Source: Fastidiosibacter lacustris (lineage in GTDB: Bacteria; Pseudomonadota; Gammaproteobacteria; Francisellales; Francisellaceae). Taken from it: DNA of 32,000 bases. This document shows positions 1 through 6,876 of this stretch, in pieces. The translations under genes and the position numbers were made by a program. The stretch is from the NCBI RefSeq assembly GCF_003428155.1, contig NZ_QLIR01000002.1:1-32000 (forward strand). The letters run 5' to 3'. Every line of letters starts with the position of its first letter. Position 1 is the stretch's first letter. The notes below the pieces were generated by a model. The model did not search any database, was not told where the DNA came from, and worked only from the letters and a program-made list of their open reading frames with translations.

Positions 1-938
1 TTCACCCTAAGCTTGGTGGATATTTACAGCCTGATGCTTTAGATATTTTAGCAGGTGGAAATGTACACCCTTATGCCTATGCGAGCAATAACCCAGTTAA
101 TGTGATTGATCCAACTGGACTGTATGATTTAATAGCAGATGGGATTAAAGGATGTGCTAAATATTCCAACTTAGATAAATGGGTTAATTGTTTTTACTCA
201 TATGTCTGCCTATTCGCTATATGGGGATGCGCTAAGGATCTTACACCATTTGTTTTCAAAGCGTTTCATAATAGTCGACCGTTACATAGCCTTCAACTAC
301 AAACAGGGCTAGATTTATCGGATTATATTAAACGTTTAGCCACCCATTTTGCCAATGGTTTTATGGATGATACGACATTTGGCTTAACAGGGTTTGGATA
401 TGAAAACGGGCGGACAAATGCGGCTGCTTACTATACGGGTACCGCGGCATCTTTAGGATTAGGATTGTTATATGGTGGTACCTATGTAAAAGGCGGAATG
501 CTACTGGCAAAAGTCGTGGCACCCAAGCTTATTGCGGAGAGTGTTAAGGCAAGTGTTGCAACTGGGAAAATAACTCAAGCTAGCCATGAAGCAGGTAAAA
601 TACGTGAGTTTGTGACTACTGTTGCAGAGGGTGCAGTTGCAAAGGGCACACCAGACATTACGAAAGCCTATAAACGTCCGCCTGGTGCAACTACTGTCGA
701 GCAACGGGCATCCATCCAAGGAAAACCTTGCGTTGATTGCGGAGCTGTCACTCCCAAGCAGGTCGCCGATCACAAAAATCCATTGGTTAAGGAGTATTAC
801 GAAACCGGAACTATAGATACGACGTGGATGCGCAGTGTTGATGCTGTGCAACCACAGTGCCCAACATGCTCGGCGAGGCAAGGCGCGGATATGAGCCGCT
901 ATTCTCAACAGATGAAGAAGGAGTTGGGTCTTGACTGA
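1..938 (+). CDS. Rhs/YD-repeat family polymorphic toxin, C-terminal end (5' partial, ORF open to the left edge) with variable toxin tip
   Basis: The frame starting at nt 3 has no stop and reads [40 protein letters not shown]. This is the canonical end of the RHS repeat-associated core (GGxNxYxYxxNNPxxxxDPxGL), with DPTGL at nt 108-122. About 272 aa of variable C-terminal sequence follow. The last ~70 aa carry CxxC (nt 729-740), DH (768-773) and CxxC (858-869), a treble-clef HNH/EndoVII-like arrangement. The stop codon TGA is at 936-938. Confidence 0.85.
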   Translation, partial: HPKLGGYLQPDALDILAGGNVHPYAYASNNPVNVIDPTGLYDLIADGIKGCAKYSNLDKWVNCFYSYVCLFAIWGCAKDLTPFVFKAFHNSRPLHSLQLQTGLDLSDYIKRLATHFANGFMDDTTFGLTGFGYENGRTNAAAYYTGTAASLGLGLLYGGTYVKGGMLLAKVVAPKLIAESVKASVATGKITQASHEAGKIREFVTTVAEGAVAKGTPDITKAYKRPPGATTVEQRASIQGKPCVDCGAVTPKQVADHKNPLVKEYYETGTIDTTWMRSVDAVQPQCPTCSARQGADMSRYSQQMKKELGLD

Positions 939-1281
939 TGCAATCGAAAGCTCGCAGAAAGAGGTTTGCGAAAAGTTCGGTACCACCTATTACCCTTCGC
1001 CATTGGATATGAAGGTGGGGATTGCTCTCAATGTCCTGGAAGGGGTAACGCCAATAAATGGGTTGCGCCATCCGCCCGAGGGCGATACCACAGGCTGGTA
1101 TATCTGGGCAGGAGAAGAACTATCTGCTGATCCCGATTTCTTTAAACCGCTACATGTGGAGCATTTGTCGGATTGGTGCCCACAGGCGCAGAAATATCTA
1201 GGTCTGCCGCCTGGGTGGCGATTTTTGATCGCAGGCGATTATGAAGATGTCTGGTATGACGAGACATTGCTGGAAGTTTGA
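931..1281 (+). CDS. Putative cognate immunity protein of the Rhs toxin tip (resembles Imm33/DUF2185-type immunity proteins from memory)
   Basis: A TTG start at 931 overlaps the toxin stop by 8 nt. It is preceded by AAGGAG (918-923) at 7-nt spacing. The product is 116 aa with no signal peptide. The motif [13 protein letters not shown]...[10 protein letters not shown] resembles immunity families that accompany nuclease toxins. The position immediately 3' of a polymorphic toxin tip fits. Confidence 0.6.
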   Translation: MTDAIESSQKEVCEKFGTTYYPSPLDMKVGIALNVLEGVTPINGLRHPPEGDTTGWYIWAGEELSADPDFFKPLHVEHLSDWCPQAQKYLGLPPGWRFLIAGDYEDVWYDETLLEV

Positions 1282-1284
1282 ACA

Positions 1285-1809
1285 ATGGCCGCAATGATGC
1301 GAACGATTTTGTTCCTTGTGTTGGCCATTGTTGCTGGTCAGCTTTGGCTGCCGACAACTGCAGAAGCTGCATACCGGTATGCCAACGAAGACTGCGTTTC
1401 TGAATGTAGTGGCACCGACAGTCTCGTTCGATATTTGTGGCATGGCTATGCCAACCAGCAGGCAACGGTTCAAGCTACCACGGCAGGGAGCCAGTTTTTT
1501 GTTGACTTTATTGACGGTTTCTTTGTTCCAAAGAAGGCAGCGCCAAATGCAGAACAGGCGGCGAATCTCAAGCGTTTCCAGAAAAAAATACCATCTAACT
1601 CAAAAGACAGCGTTGAACTTCGCGAACTGCCCAATGGTGGTGTAGCGGCTCAGGCTACTTCGCCTGGAAAAGTCCCAGGCTCAAAAGCTGTTTACGAAAA
1701 GCAAATAGATGTCAACGGTCAAACGATTCAGGTTACCAAAACCACATATGACCCACAAGGAAATATTGTTCACGTTAAGGACAAGCTTAACGGCAGGACA
1801 TATCCGTAG
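1285..1809 (+). CDS. Hypothetical protein with signal-peptide-like N-terminus; possibly a chimeric or orphan toxin remnant
   Basis: The ORF encodes 174 aa and starts 3 nt after the previous stop. The N-terminus MAAMMRTILFLVLAIVAGQLWLPTTAEA/A looks like a Sec signal with an AxA site. The C-terminal AVYEKQIDVNGQTIQV and TTYDPQGNIVHVKD resemble YD-type beta-hairpin repeats. I recognise no family. Confidence 0.5.
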   Translation: MAAMMRTILFLVLAIVAGQLWLPTTAEAAYRYANEDCVSECSGTDSLVRYLWHGYANQQATVQATTAGSQFFVDFIDGFFVPKKAAPNAEQAANLKRFQKKIPSNSKDSVELRELPNGGVAAQATSPGKVPGSKAVYEKQIDVNGQTIQVTKTTYDPQGNIVHVKDKLNGRTYP

Positions 1810-1820
1810 GAGGTTGTGGC

Positions 1821-2171
1821 ATGGATCGATTCGATGTACTAAAAGATTTAATTACACTCAATAAGCCTGTAAGTATTCTAGCTGAAAGCTTGTCAAAGTT
1901 TGATTGGGACTATGAGGGTCAACCTCTGATTGTTATGGTCTCCCAAATTCGGGAGGTATTGAAGCGTTTCCTTGCTGGGGATTACTCGGCTCAAGAACTC
2001 GAAGACTGGGCAAATTTAATTGAATGTCGTCAAGACTTGGAGTTTGAAGAGAAGAAGCATAATGAAATTGCAAATGTAATTTATTGCCTTGCAAATCCAG
2101 TATTGGAGGGAGAGATTACCGCTGATTCTTGTAAAGTCCTTATAGCTACTCTGGATTGCGCAGATGATTAA
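1821..2171 (+). CDS. Small acidic cytoplasmic protein, immunity-protein-like (family not recognised)
   Basis: The ATG at 1821 is preceded by AGGAGG (1808-1813) and lies 11 nt after the previous stop. The product is 116 aa. By my count it has about 25 D/E against 11 K/R. It has no signal peptide or TM segment. It is the last gene of the toxin operon. Confidence 0.5.
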   Translation: MDRFDVLKDLITLNKPVSILAESLSKFDWDYEGQPLIVMVSQIREVLKRFLAGDYSAQELEDWANLIECRQDLEFEEKKHNEIANVIYCLANPVLEGEITADSCKVLIATLDCADD

Positions 2172-2196
2172 AGCCATTTTCAGGGCTTTGTTTTTT
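2170..2196 (+). terminator. Weak rho-independent terminator candidate at the end of the toxin operon
   Basis: The stem AAAGCC (2170-2175) pairs with GGCTTT (2184-2189) around an 8-nt loop. It is followed by GTTTTTT (2190-2196). The stem overlaps the stop codon of ORF 1821-2171. It has only 3 GC pairs. Confidence 0.4.
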
Positions 2197-2200
2197 AAGT

Positions 2201-2275
2201 CGGTAGTGTTTTCTTTTGTCATAAATAAATATATGTAAGATATTCAATCAAAAATGGCAAAAGAAAACACTACCG
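2201..2275. repeat. Perfect 18-bp inverted repeat with a 39-nt AT-rich spacer
   Basis: CGGTAGTGTTTTCTTTTG (2201-2218) is the exact reverse complement of CAAAAGAAAACACTACCG (2258-2275). Confidence 0.85.
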
Positions 2276-2357
2276 TTCTAAGTGTATAATAGAGTGTATA
2301 TTAAAAGTAAATATAAATCACATATTGCCTTTAATAAAGAAATTTTGTCGATATAAG

Positions 2358-2379
2358 TCGAATCCTGCACGACCCACCA
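2358..2379 (+). other. tRNA-Lys(UUU) 3'-end fragment, interpreted as an att-type junction (attR) of a tRNA-integrated genomic island
   Basis: TCGAATCCTGCACGACCCACCA is identical to the last 22 nt (T-loop, T-stem 3' strand, acceptor 3' strand, ACCA) of E. coli tRNA-Lys as I remember it. The upstream sequence (..gatataag) cannot form the T-stem 5' strand or the rest of a tRNA, so this is a fragment and not a gene. Confidence 0.7.
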
Positions 2380-2407
2380 TGATTTAATTTTTTTATTTTT
2401 AACCTTT

Positions 2408-2677
2408 TCATGGGTTTCTTTTTTTATAAAGATAGTGTATGTCAGAGGCAAACAAAATGGCTAAAAATAACGTGATAGTTAATATAAGCTGTTCCAGTGG
2501 ATTGCCTGGTAAATATCCCATTATAATGACAAAGAGCATAGCAGAGCCCATGTTTATAAAACTCATCATAGAAGATGCCGAGGCTTTATCTTCAATTGCA
2601 GCAGATGCATAAAGAGTTGCTGCCGGAAATAATAGTCCACAAAAAAAGTACAATAAAGCAAAGGTAGTAAAAAACAT
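2408..2677 (-). pseudogene. C-terminal remnant of an MFS (Bcr/CflA-like) transporter
   Basis: The 89-aa product has three hydrophobic segments. FFCGLLFPAATLYASAAIEDKASASSMMSFINMGSAMLFVIIMGYL resembles the last TM helices of MFS drug exporters. An in-frame stop lies at 2699-2701, so at most about 96 codons exist against about 400 expected. It could alternatively be a genuine small membrane protein. Confidence 0.45.
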
Positions 2678-2780
2678 TGTGTATAGAGAAAAAAATAATT
2701 ATGGCTATCACATTAATGGGCAATCCGTTATAATTTGCGGTCGTATTTTAAACGAATCATCATACTATAAGGTTTTATCG

Positions 2781-3212
2781 ATGTCTTTAAAAATAAAAGA
2801 GCGCAGACGTGCGCGTTTTCATGCTATTCAAGCTCTTTATCAACAATCGCTTGCTGATACTTTAATTAACGAGTTGAAGCTACAGTTTTATACAGACAAT
2901 GTCGATCGTCATGCTGTGGAGTGGGATTTTTTCTACCGTTTGCTAGATGGCGTGGATAAAAATAAACAAGTAATTGATAGTAAGATCAATGAGTATGCTG
3001 TAAACAATTTATCATCTATTAACCCAATTGATTTAGCGGTGTTACGTTTGGGAGTATATGAGCTTTTAGATTGCTTAGATGTACCATATCAAGTGGTATT
3101 AAACGAATATGTTGATCAAGCAAAAGAATTAGGAACAGAAGAAGGACATCGCTTTGTCAATGGATTGTTAGATAAACTTGCCAGAAAGCTAAGGAAAGAG
3201 GCTGTCAAGTAA
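2781..3212 (+). CDS. nusB: Transcription antitermination factor NusB
   Basis: From the ATG at 2781 the product reads MSLKIKERRRARFHAIQALYQQ...VLRLGVYELL...NEYVDQAKELG...FVNGLLDKL, typical of NusB (143 aa). The longer ORF from 2679 adds a non-conserved extension. Confidence 0.9.
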   Translation: MSLKIKERRRARFHAIQALYQQSLADTLINELKLQFYTDNVDRHAVEWDFFYRLLDGVDKNKQVIDSKINEYAVNNLSSINPIDLAVLRLGVYELLDCLDVPYQVVLNEYVDQAKELGTEEGHRFVNGLLDKLARKLRKEAVK

Positions 3213-3320
3213 CTAAAAATTATAAAATGCATAAAGAATTAAGTTGCTGTTAAGCTTGCAATCCCGTCATAAGTAATTAGAATCCCAGCAGTAAAGCTTA
3301 AGCAAGAATTTGGAGTAAAC

Positions 3321-4916
3321 ATGCTGATGGATATCTCACAGGTGTTTGTTGACTTATCACGTAGTCAATTTGCTTTTACAGCAATCTTTCACTTTGTATT
3401 TGTACCATTGACGTTAGGTTTATCATGGATTTTGTTTATTATGGAAGCTGCTTATGTCAAAACTGGAAGACCTGTCTATCGTGATATGGTTAAGTTTTGG
3501 GGTAAGCTTTTTGCCATCAATTTTGCGATGGGTGTGGTGACAGGCATCACCATGGAGTTTGAGTTTGGTTTAAACTGGGCATATTTTTCGCGCTTTATCG
3601 GTGAGAGCTTTGGTACGGTTTTAGCAATTGAAGGTTTAACGGCCTTTATGACTGAAGCAACCTTATTTGGCTTATTCTTTTTTACTTGGGATAAAGTGAG
3701 TAATAAGACACATTTGCTTATTACCTTTTTCTTAGCTTTGGGAACCAACTTATCTATTGTCAATATTTTGGTTGCAAATAGCTGGATGCAACACCCAGTG
3801 GCAACTTTTTTAAATCCAACAACCATGCAAATGCAACTAACAAGCTTTGGTGAGTTATATATGCAAGAGTTGGCACAAATTCGAATTGGACATGTTGCCT
3901 TTGCAGGATATTTGATTTCAGCTGCCTTTGTTGTGGGTATCAGTGCGTGGTATTTATTGCGTAAAAGAAACACTGGTTTTGCAATGCGCTCACTTGCAGT
4001 TGGATTGGGCTTTGGCTTATGTTCATCTGTTTTTATTTTCTTTTTGGGTGATGCTAATGGTTTAGCTGTGGATAAGTATGAGCCAGCTAAAATGGCAGCG
4101 ATTGAGGGGCAATGGGAAACTCAAAAAGCGCCTGCCGCGTGGTCAGTGATTGCCTTTCCTTCACAAGAGAATGAGATTAATTATTTTGATATCAAAATAC
4201 CGTGGATGCTGAGTCTGATTACAGGCCATAATTTAAAAGCCACAGTGGATGGTTTAAAACCTATTATGCAGCAAAATGAAAAACGTATTTATGATGGTTT
4301 AGTGGCATTGAAAGCATTAGAGAGGGTTAGAAATGGTAATGCAACTGCGAAAGATTTTGAAGTATTTGATCCTAAAAACGAGGTAACCAAAAAATATCGT
4401 GATAATATTGGCTACGCCTTTATTTTGCAAGCACATGCAAAAGATCCATACAATTCAAGCTCAGCAGAATTAAATAAAGCAGTAAAAGACACTATTCCTC
4501 AAGTGTGGCCTGTTTTTTATGCTTTCCGGATTATGCTTGCTTGCTGGTGTGTGGTCTTCTTTGTGATGACTTTTGGAGCAGTACACGTACTAAGGCGCTC
4601 TTTGTTGCGTTACCGATGGTTTTTGTGGCTATCATTATTCTCTATTCCATTGCCTTATATTGCTTCAGAAGCTGGTTGGATTGTCGCGGAAATGGGGCGT
4701 CAACCCTGGGTAATAAATGGTATATTACCAACGAGTTTGGGTGTTTCTACGTTAGTGTCGTGGAACATTGTCGTGAGTCTTGCTTTTTTTGCCTTGCTAT
4801 ACTTTGGGTTATTTATCATTGAGTTAATTATTATGTTTAAGGTTGCAAGAAAAGGACCTAAATCTTTGGGAAACGGTCGCTATGATAGTACAAAGGGGGT
4901 ATCTGATGTTGTTTGA
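3321..4916 (+). CDS. cydA: Cytochrome bd ubiquinol oxidase subunit I
   Basis: The product is a 531-aa polytopic membrane protein with the CydA-like N-terminus FAFTAIFHFVFVPLTLG. GGAG lies 6 nt upstream of the ATG. cydB follows it. Confidence 0.93.
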   Translation: MLMDISQVFVDLSRSQFAFTAIFHFVFVPLTLGLSWILFIMEAAYVKTGRPVYRDMVKFWGKLFAINFAMGVVTGITMEFEFGLNWAYFSRFIGESFGTVLAIEGLTAFMTEATLFGLFFFTWDKVSNKTHLLITFFLALGTNLSIVNILVANSWMQHPVATFLNPTTMQMQLTSFGELYMQELAQIRIGHVAFAGYLISAAFVVGISAWYLLRKRNTGFAMRSLAVGLGFGLCSSVFIFFLGDANGLAVDKYEPAKMAAIEGQWETQKAPAAWSVIAFPSQENEINYFDIKIPWMLSLITGHNLKATVDGLKPIMQQNEKRIYDGLVALKALERVRNGNATAKDFEVFDPKNEVTKKYRDNIGYAFILQAHAKDPYNSSSAELNKAVKDTIPQVWPVFYAFRIMLACWCVVFFVMTFGAVHVLRRSLLRYRWFLWLSLFSIPLPYIASEAGWIVAEMGRQPWVINGILPTSLGVSTLVSWNIVVSLAFFALLYFGLFIIELIIMFKVARKGPKSLGNGRYDSTKGVSDVV

Positions 4917-6081
4917 TTATACTACTTTGCAACTGATTTGGTGGGCGATTATCGTCTTTATTTTGATTTTATATGCAACGACAGCGGGTTGTGATTTTGG
5001 TGTCACCATTATGATGCCTTTTATGACTAGGCATAAAAATTTTAAAGATAATGATATTGAGCGTAGATTGGCACTTAACACGATTGCTCCTACATGGGAT
5101 GGTAATCAAACGTGGATTATTATTGCAGGAGGAGCGCTTTTTGGAATTTGGCCTGCTGTTTATGGTACGGTTTTTTCAGGGCTATACCCAGCTTTACTGC
5201 TTGTGCTATTTACTTTATTTTTGCGCCCGCCAGGATTTGATTACCGTAGTAAATTAGAGGGTGATGGTTGGCGTAAATTTTGGGATTGGGGATTGTTCAT
5301 TAGTAGTTTCATTCCTTTGATTATTTTTGGATTGGTGTTGGGTTCGCTTTTTTATGGCTTGCCGTTTTATCATGATGATTTTATGATGCGTTCAGTCTAT
5401 ATCGGCAACGCCTTTGCTAGTGTATTGTCGCCCTTTGCTGTATTAGTTGCATTGTTAGTCCTAAGCATGTCGCTGACACATGGTTGTTTGCATCTGAATC
5501 GCCGTCTGGATGGTGAGTTGGGGTGTTATTTTCGTCGACTTGCAAATATCTTTATCTTATCTAGTTTGATATTGATGACACTTGGTTTTTTCATGTTGCT
5601 ATGGGTGCTACCTGGCATGATTGTTATTCAGATGCCACAAACACTTACCTATAATACCCAAGTCAGTCTTATAACAGGTGGTTGGATGAATAATTACACA
5701 TTACACACATGGATGTGGCTTGTTCCTGTTATTTGTTATGTGATGTTGATACTGGCATGGTTATTGAAAGGTAAAAATGCTGCATTGGCGTATTGGTGTT
5801 CAGCATTGTCTATTGCTGCGGTGATGTATGCAGGTGCATTTGCACTTTTCCCTTTTGTTGTGCCGTCTAGTTGGGTTGGAAATGCTGGATTGGGTAGTCA
5901 AAGCCTAACGATTTGGAATGTTTCATCATCACCATATAGTTTGATGGGTATGTTCTATATTACTGTGGTAAGTATGATTTTGATCATTAGCTATAAATTT
6001 TGGGGCTTTCGTGTGGCATGGCGTAATAAAGCTAAGTTAGATAAAGATACTCTTAAGAATAATGAGCATACATTCTATTAA
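4906..6081 (+). CDS. cydB: Cytochrome bd ubiquinol oxidase subunit II
   Basis: The ATG at 4906 is preceded by AAGGGGG and overlaps the cydA stop by 11 nt. MLFDYTTLQLIWW... and NTIAPTWDGNQTWIIIAGGALFGIWPAVY...FLRPPGFDYRSK match E. coli CydB closely. Confidence 0.92.
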   Translation: MLFDYTTLQLIWWAIIVFILILYATTAGCDFGVTIMMPFMTRHKNFKDNDIERRLALNTIAPTWDGNQTWIIIAGGALFGIWPAVYGTVFSGLYPALLLVLFTLFLRPPGFDYRSKLEGDGWRKFWDWGLFISSFIPLIIFGLVLGSLFYGLPFYHDDFMMRSVYIGNAFASVLSPFAVLVALLVLSMSLTHGCLHLNRRLDGELGCYFRRLANIFILSSLILMTLGFFMLLWVLPGMIVIQMPQTLTYNTQVSLITGGWMNNYTLHTWMWLVPVICYVMLILAWLLKGKNAALAYWCSALSIAAVMYAGAFALFPFVVPSSWVGNAGLGSQSLTIWNVSSSPYSLMGMFYITVVSMILIISYKFWGFRVAWRNKAKLDKDTLKNNEHTFY

Positions 6082-6101
6082 TTAATTTAGAGGAAAATAA
6101 A

Positions 6102-6284
6102 ATGTGGTATATCATAATTATTATTATGCTGGCAATTTCTATGTATGTTGGTTATCGTTTTACTTTATATGTAGATGAAAAGATAATTCGTAATAAATAT
6201 TTAGAAATCAGTGACGATCCCGATCACCCCGCTAATGCAGGCGATCGCTTGTTTGATGAAAAGCATAACAAAGAAGGTCGATGA
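6102..6284 (+). CDS. cydX: CydX-like small subunit of cytochrome bd oxidase with an extended hydrophilic tail
   Basis: It lies immediately 3' of cydB with AGAGGAAAA upstream. It has the MWY start and a single TM segment (MWYIIIIIMLAISMYVGY), as in E. coli CydX (MWYFAWILG...). It is 60 aa against about 37 aa. Confidence 0.6.
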   Translation: MWYIIIIIMLAISMYVGYRFTLYVDEKIIRNKYLEISDDPDHPANAGDRLFDEKHNKEGR

Positions 6285-6305
6285 ACACCTGATTTTTAGA
6301 ATAGA

Positions 6306-6719
6306 TTATGCTTTGATAATCCCTTGAGTTTTTTCTTGGTGTTCTTGAATTTCTTTTGCTTGTACTGACAAAGTAGCAGTGGGTCTTGCTAATAATCTCT
6401 GTAAACCTATGGGTTCACCTGTTAGCTCACAATAGCCATAATCACCGTTTTCTATGTGACGAAGTGATTCATTAACTTTACGTAGGAGTTTACTTTGGCG
6501 GTCTACTGTGCGTAAGTAAAGCTGCTGTATTTCTTGAGACGTTGCAACGTCATTTAAATCGGTATTGCGTTCAGACTCCGCCAGGCTTTTTTTAGCATCG
6601 TCTATTGCTGCAGTTAACTCTTGTTTTTGCTGAAGTAATAATTCCTTAAAAAAAGCTAGCTGTTCTTCGTTCATATACGCATCTTCAGGCATGTTTAGTA
6701 GTTCTTTTTCTGTCATCAT
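6306..6719 (-). CDS. dksA: RNA polymerase-binding transcription factor DksA (one-cysteine variant)
   Basis: EDAYMNEEQLAFFKELL, the coiled-coil tip DLNDVA (DxxDxA) and the C-terminal GYCELTGEPIGLQRLLARPTATLSVQAKE all align with E. coli DksA. Confidence 0.9.
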   Translation of the reverse strand: MMTEKELLNMPEDAYMNEEQLAFFKELLLQQKQELTAAIDDAKKSLAESERNTDLNDVATSQEIQQLYLRTVDRQSKLLRKVNESLRHIENGDYGYCELTGEPIGLQRLLARPTATLSVQAKEIQEHQEKTQGIIKA

Positions 6720-6840
6720 CGTTAGCCTCCATTAACGAGTTAATTATTTTGTTAGGGCGTTTTTATATCATAAAAGAAAGCTATTAACTAATAAATTTGC
6801 TGCATATCATAAAAAAAGTAAAAGTTTATCATTTGGTCAA

Positions 6841-6869
6841 TGTAAAATATCTATAATTTATGGTACAAT
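6841..6869 (+). promoter_or_regulatory. Candidate sigma70 promoter (extended -10) for the riboswitch-crcB transcript
   Basis: TGgTACAAT lies at 6861-6869, with TGTAAA at 6841-6846 across a 17-nt spacer. The predicted start falls just before the riboswitch P1 stem at 6877. Confidence 0.3.
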
Positions 6870-6876
6870 TTTACGC

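Noticed and set aside
501-1645. Multiple overlapping ORFs in the track (501-986 -, 622-816 +, 811-1071 -, 1142-1465 -, 1198-1473 -, 1316-1645 +)
   Set aside because: All overlap the better-supported + strand toxin, immunity and 174-aa ORFs. They lie in the GC-richer patch, where stop codons are rarer. None has a recognisable domain or ribosome-binding site, so I treat them as shadow ORFs.
2679-2780. N-terminal extensions offered by the ORF track for nusB (2679), cydB (4843), the DsbA-like gene (12864), the FipA-like gene (13612), rppH (17605), the RND adaptor (20442) and pdxS (27325)
   Set aside because: Alignment with known orthologue N-termini, signal-peptide position and SD spacing all favour the internal starts listed in the features. 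The extensions are non-conserved.
3250-3301. 8-bp inverted repeat TTAAGCTT / AAGCTTAA upstream of cydA as an FNR/ArcA-type operator or structured leader
   Set aside because: The arms are built around the self-palindromic AAGCTT. They are AT-rich and short with a ~36-nt loop. There is no TTGAT-N4-ATCAA FNR consensus, so this could easily be chance.
3476-3973. 165-aa minus-strand ORF antisense to cydA, and similar antisense or out-of-frame ORFs inside nrdA, glnA, ptsP, the RND pump, guaB and pdxS
   Set aside because: They are entirely embedded in strongly supported conserved genes. Their products are low-complexity or Lys/Ile-rich translations typical of AT-rich antisense frames.
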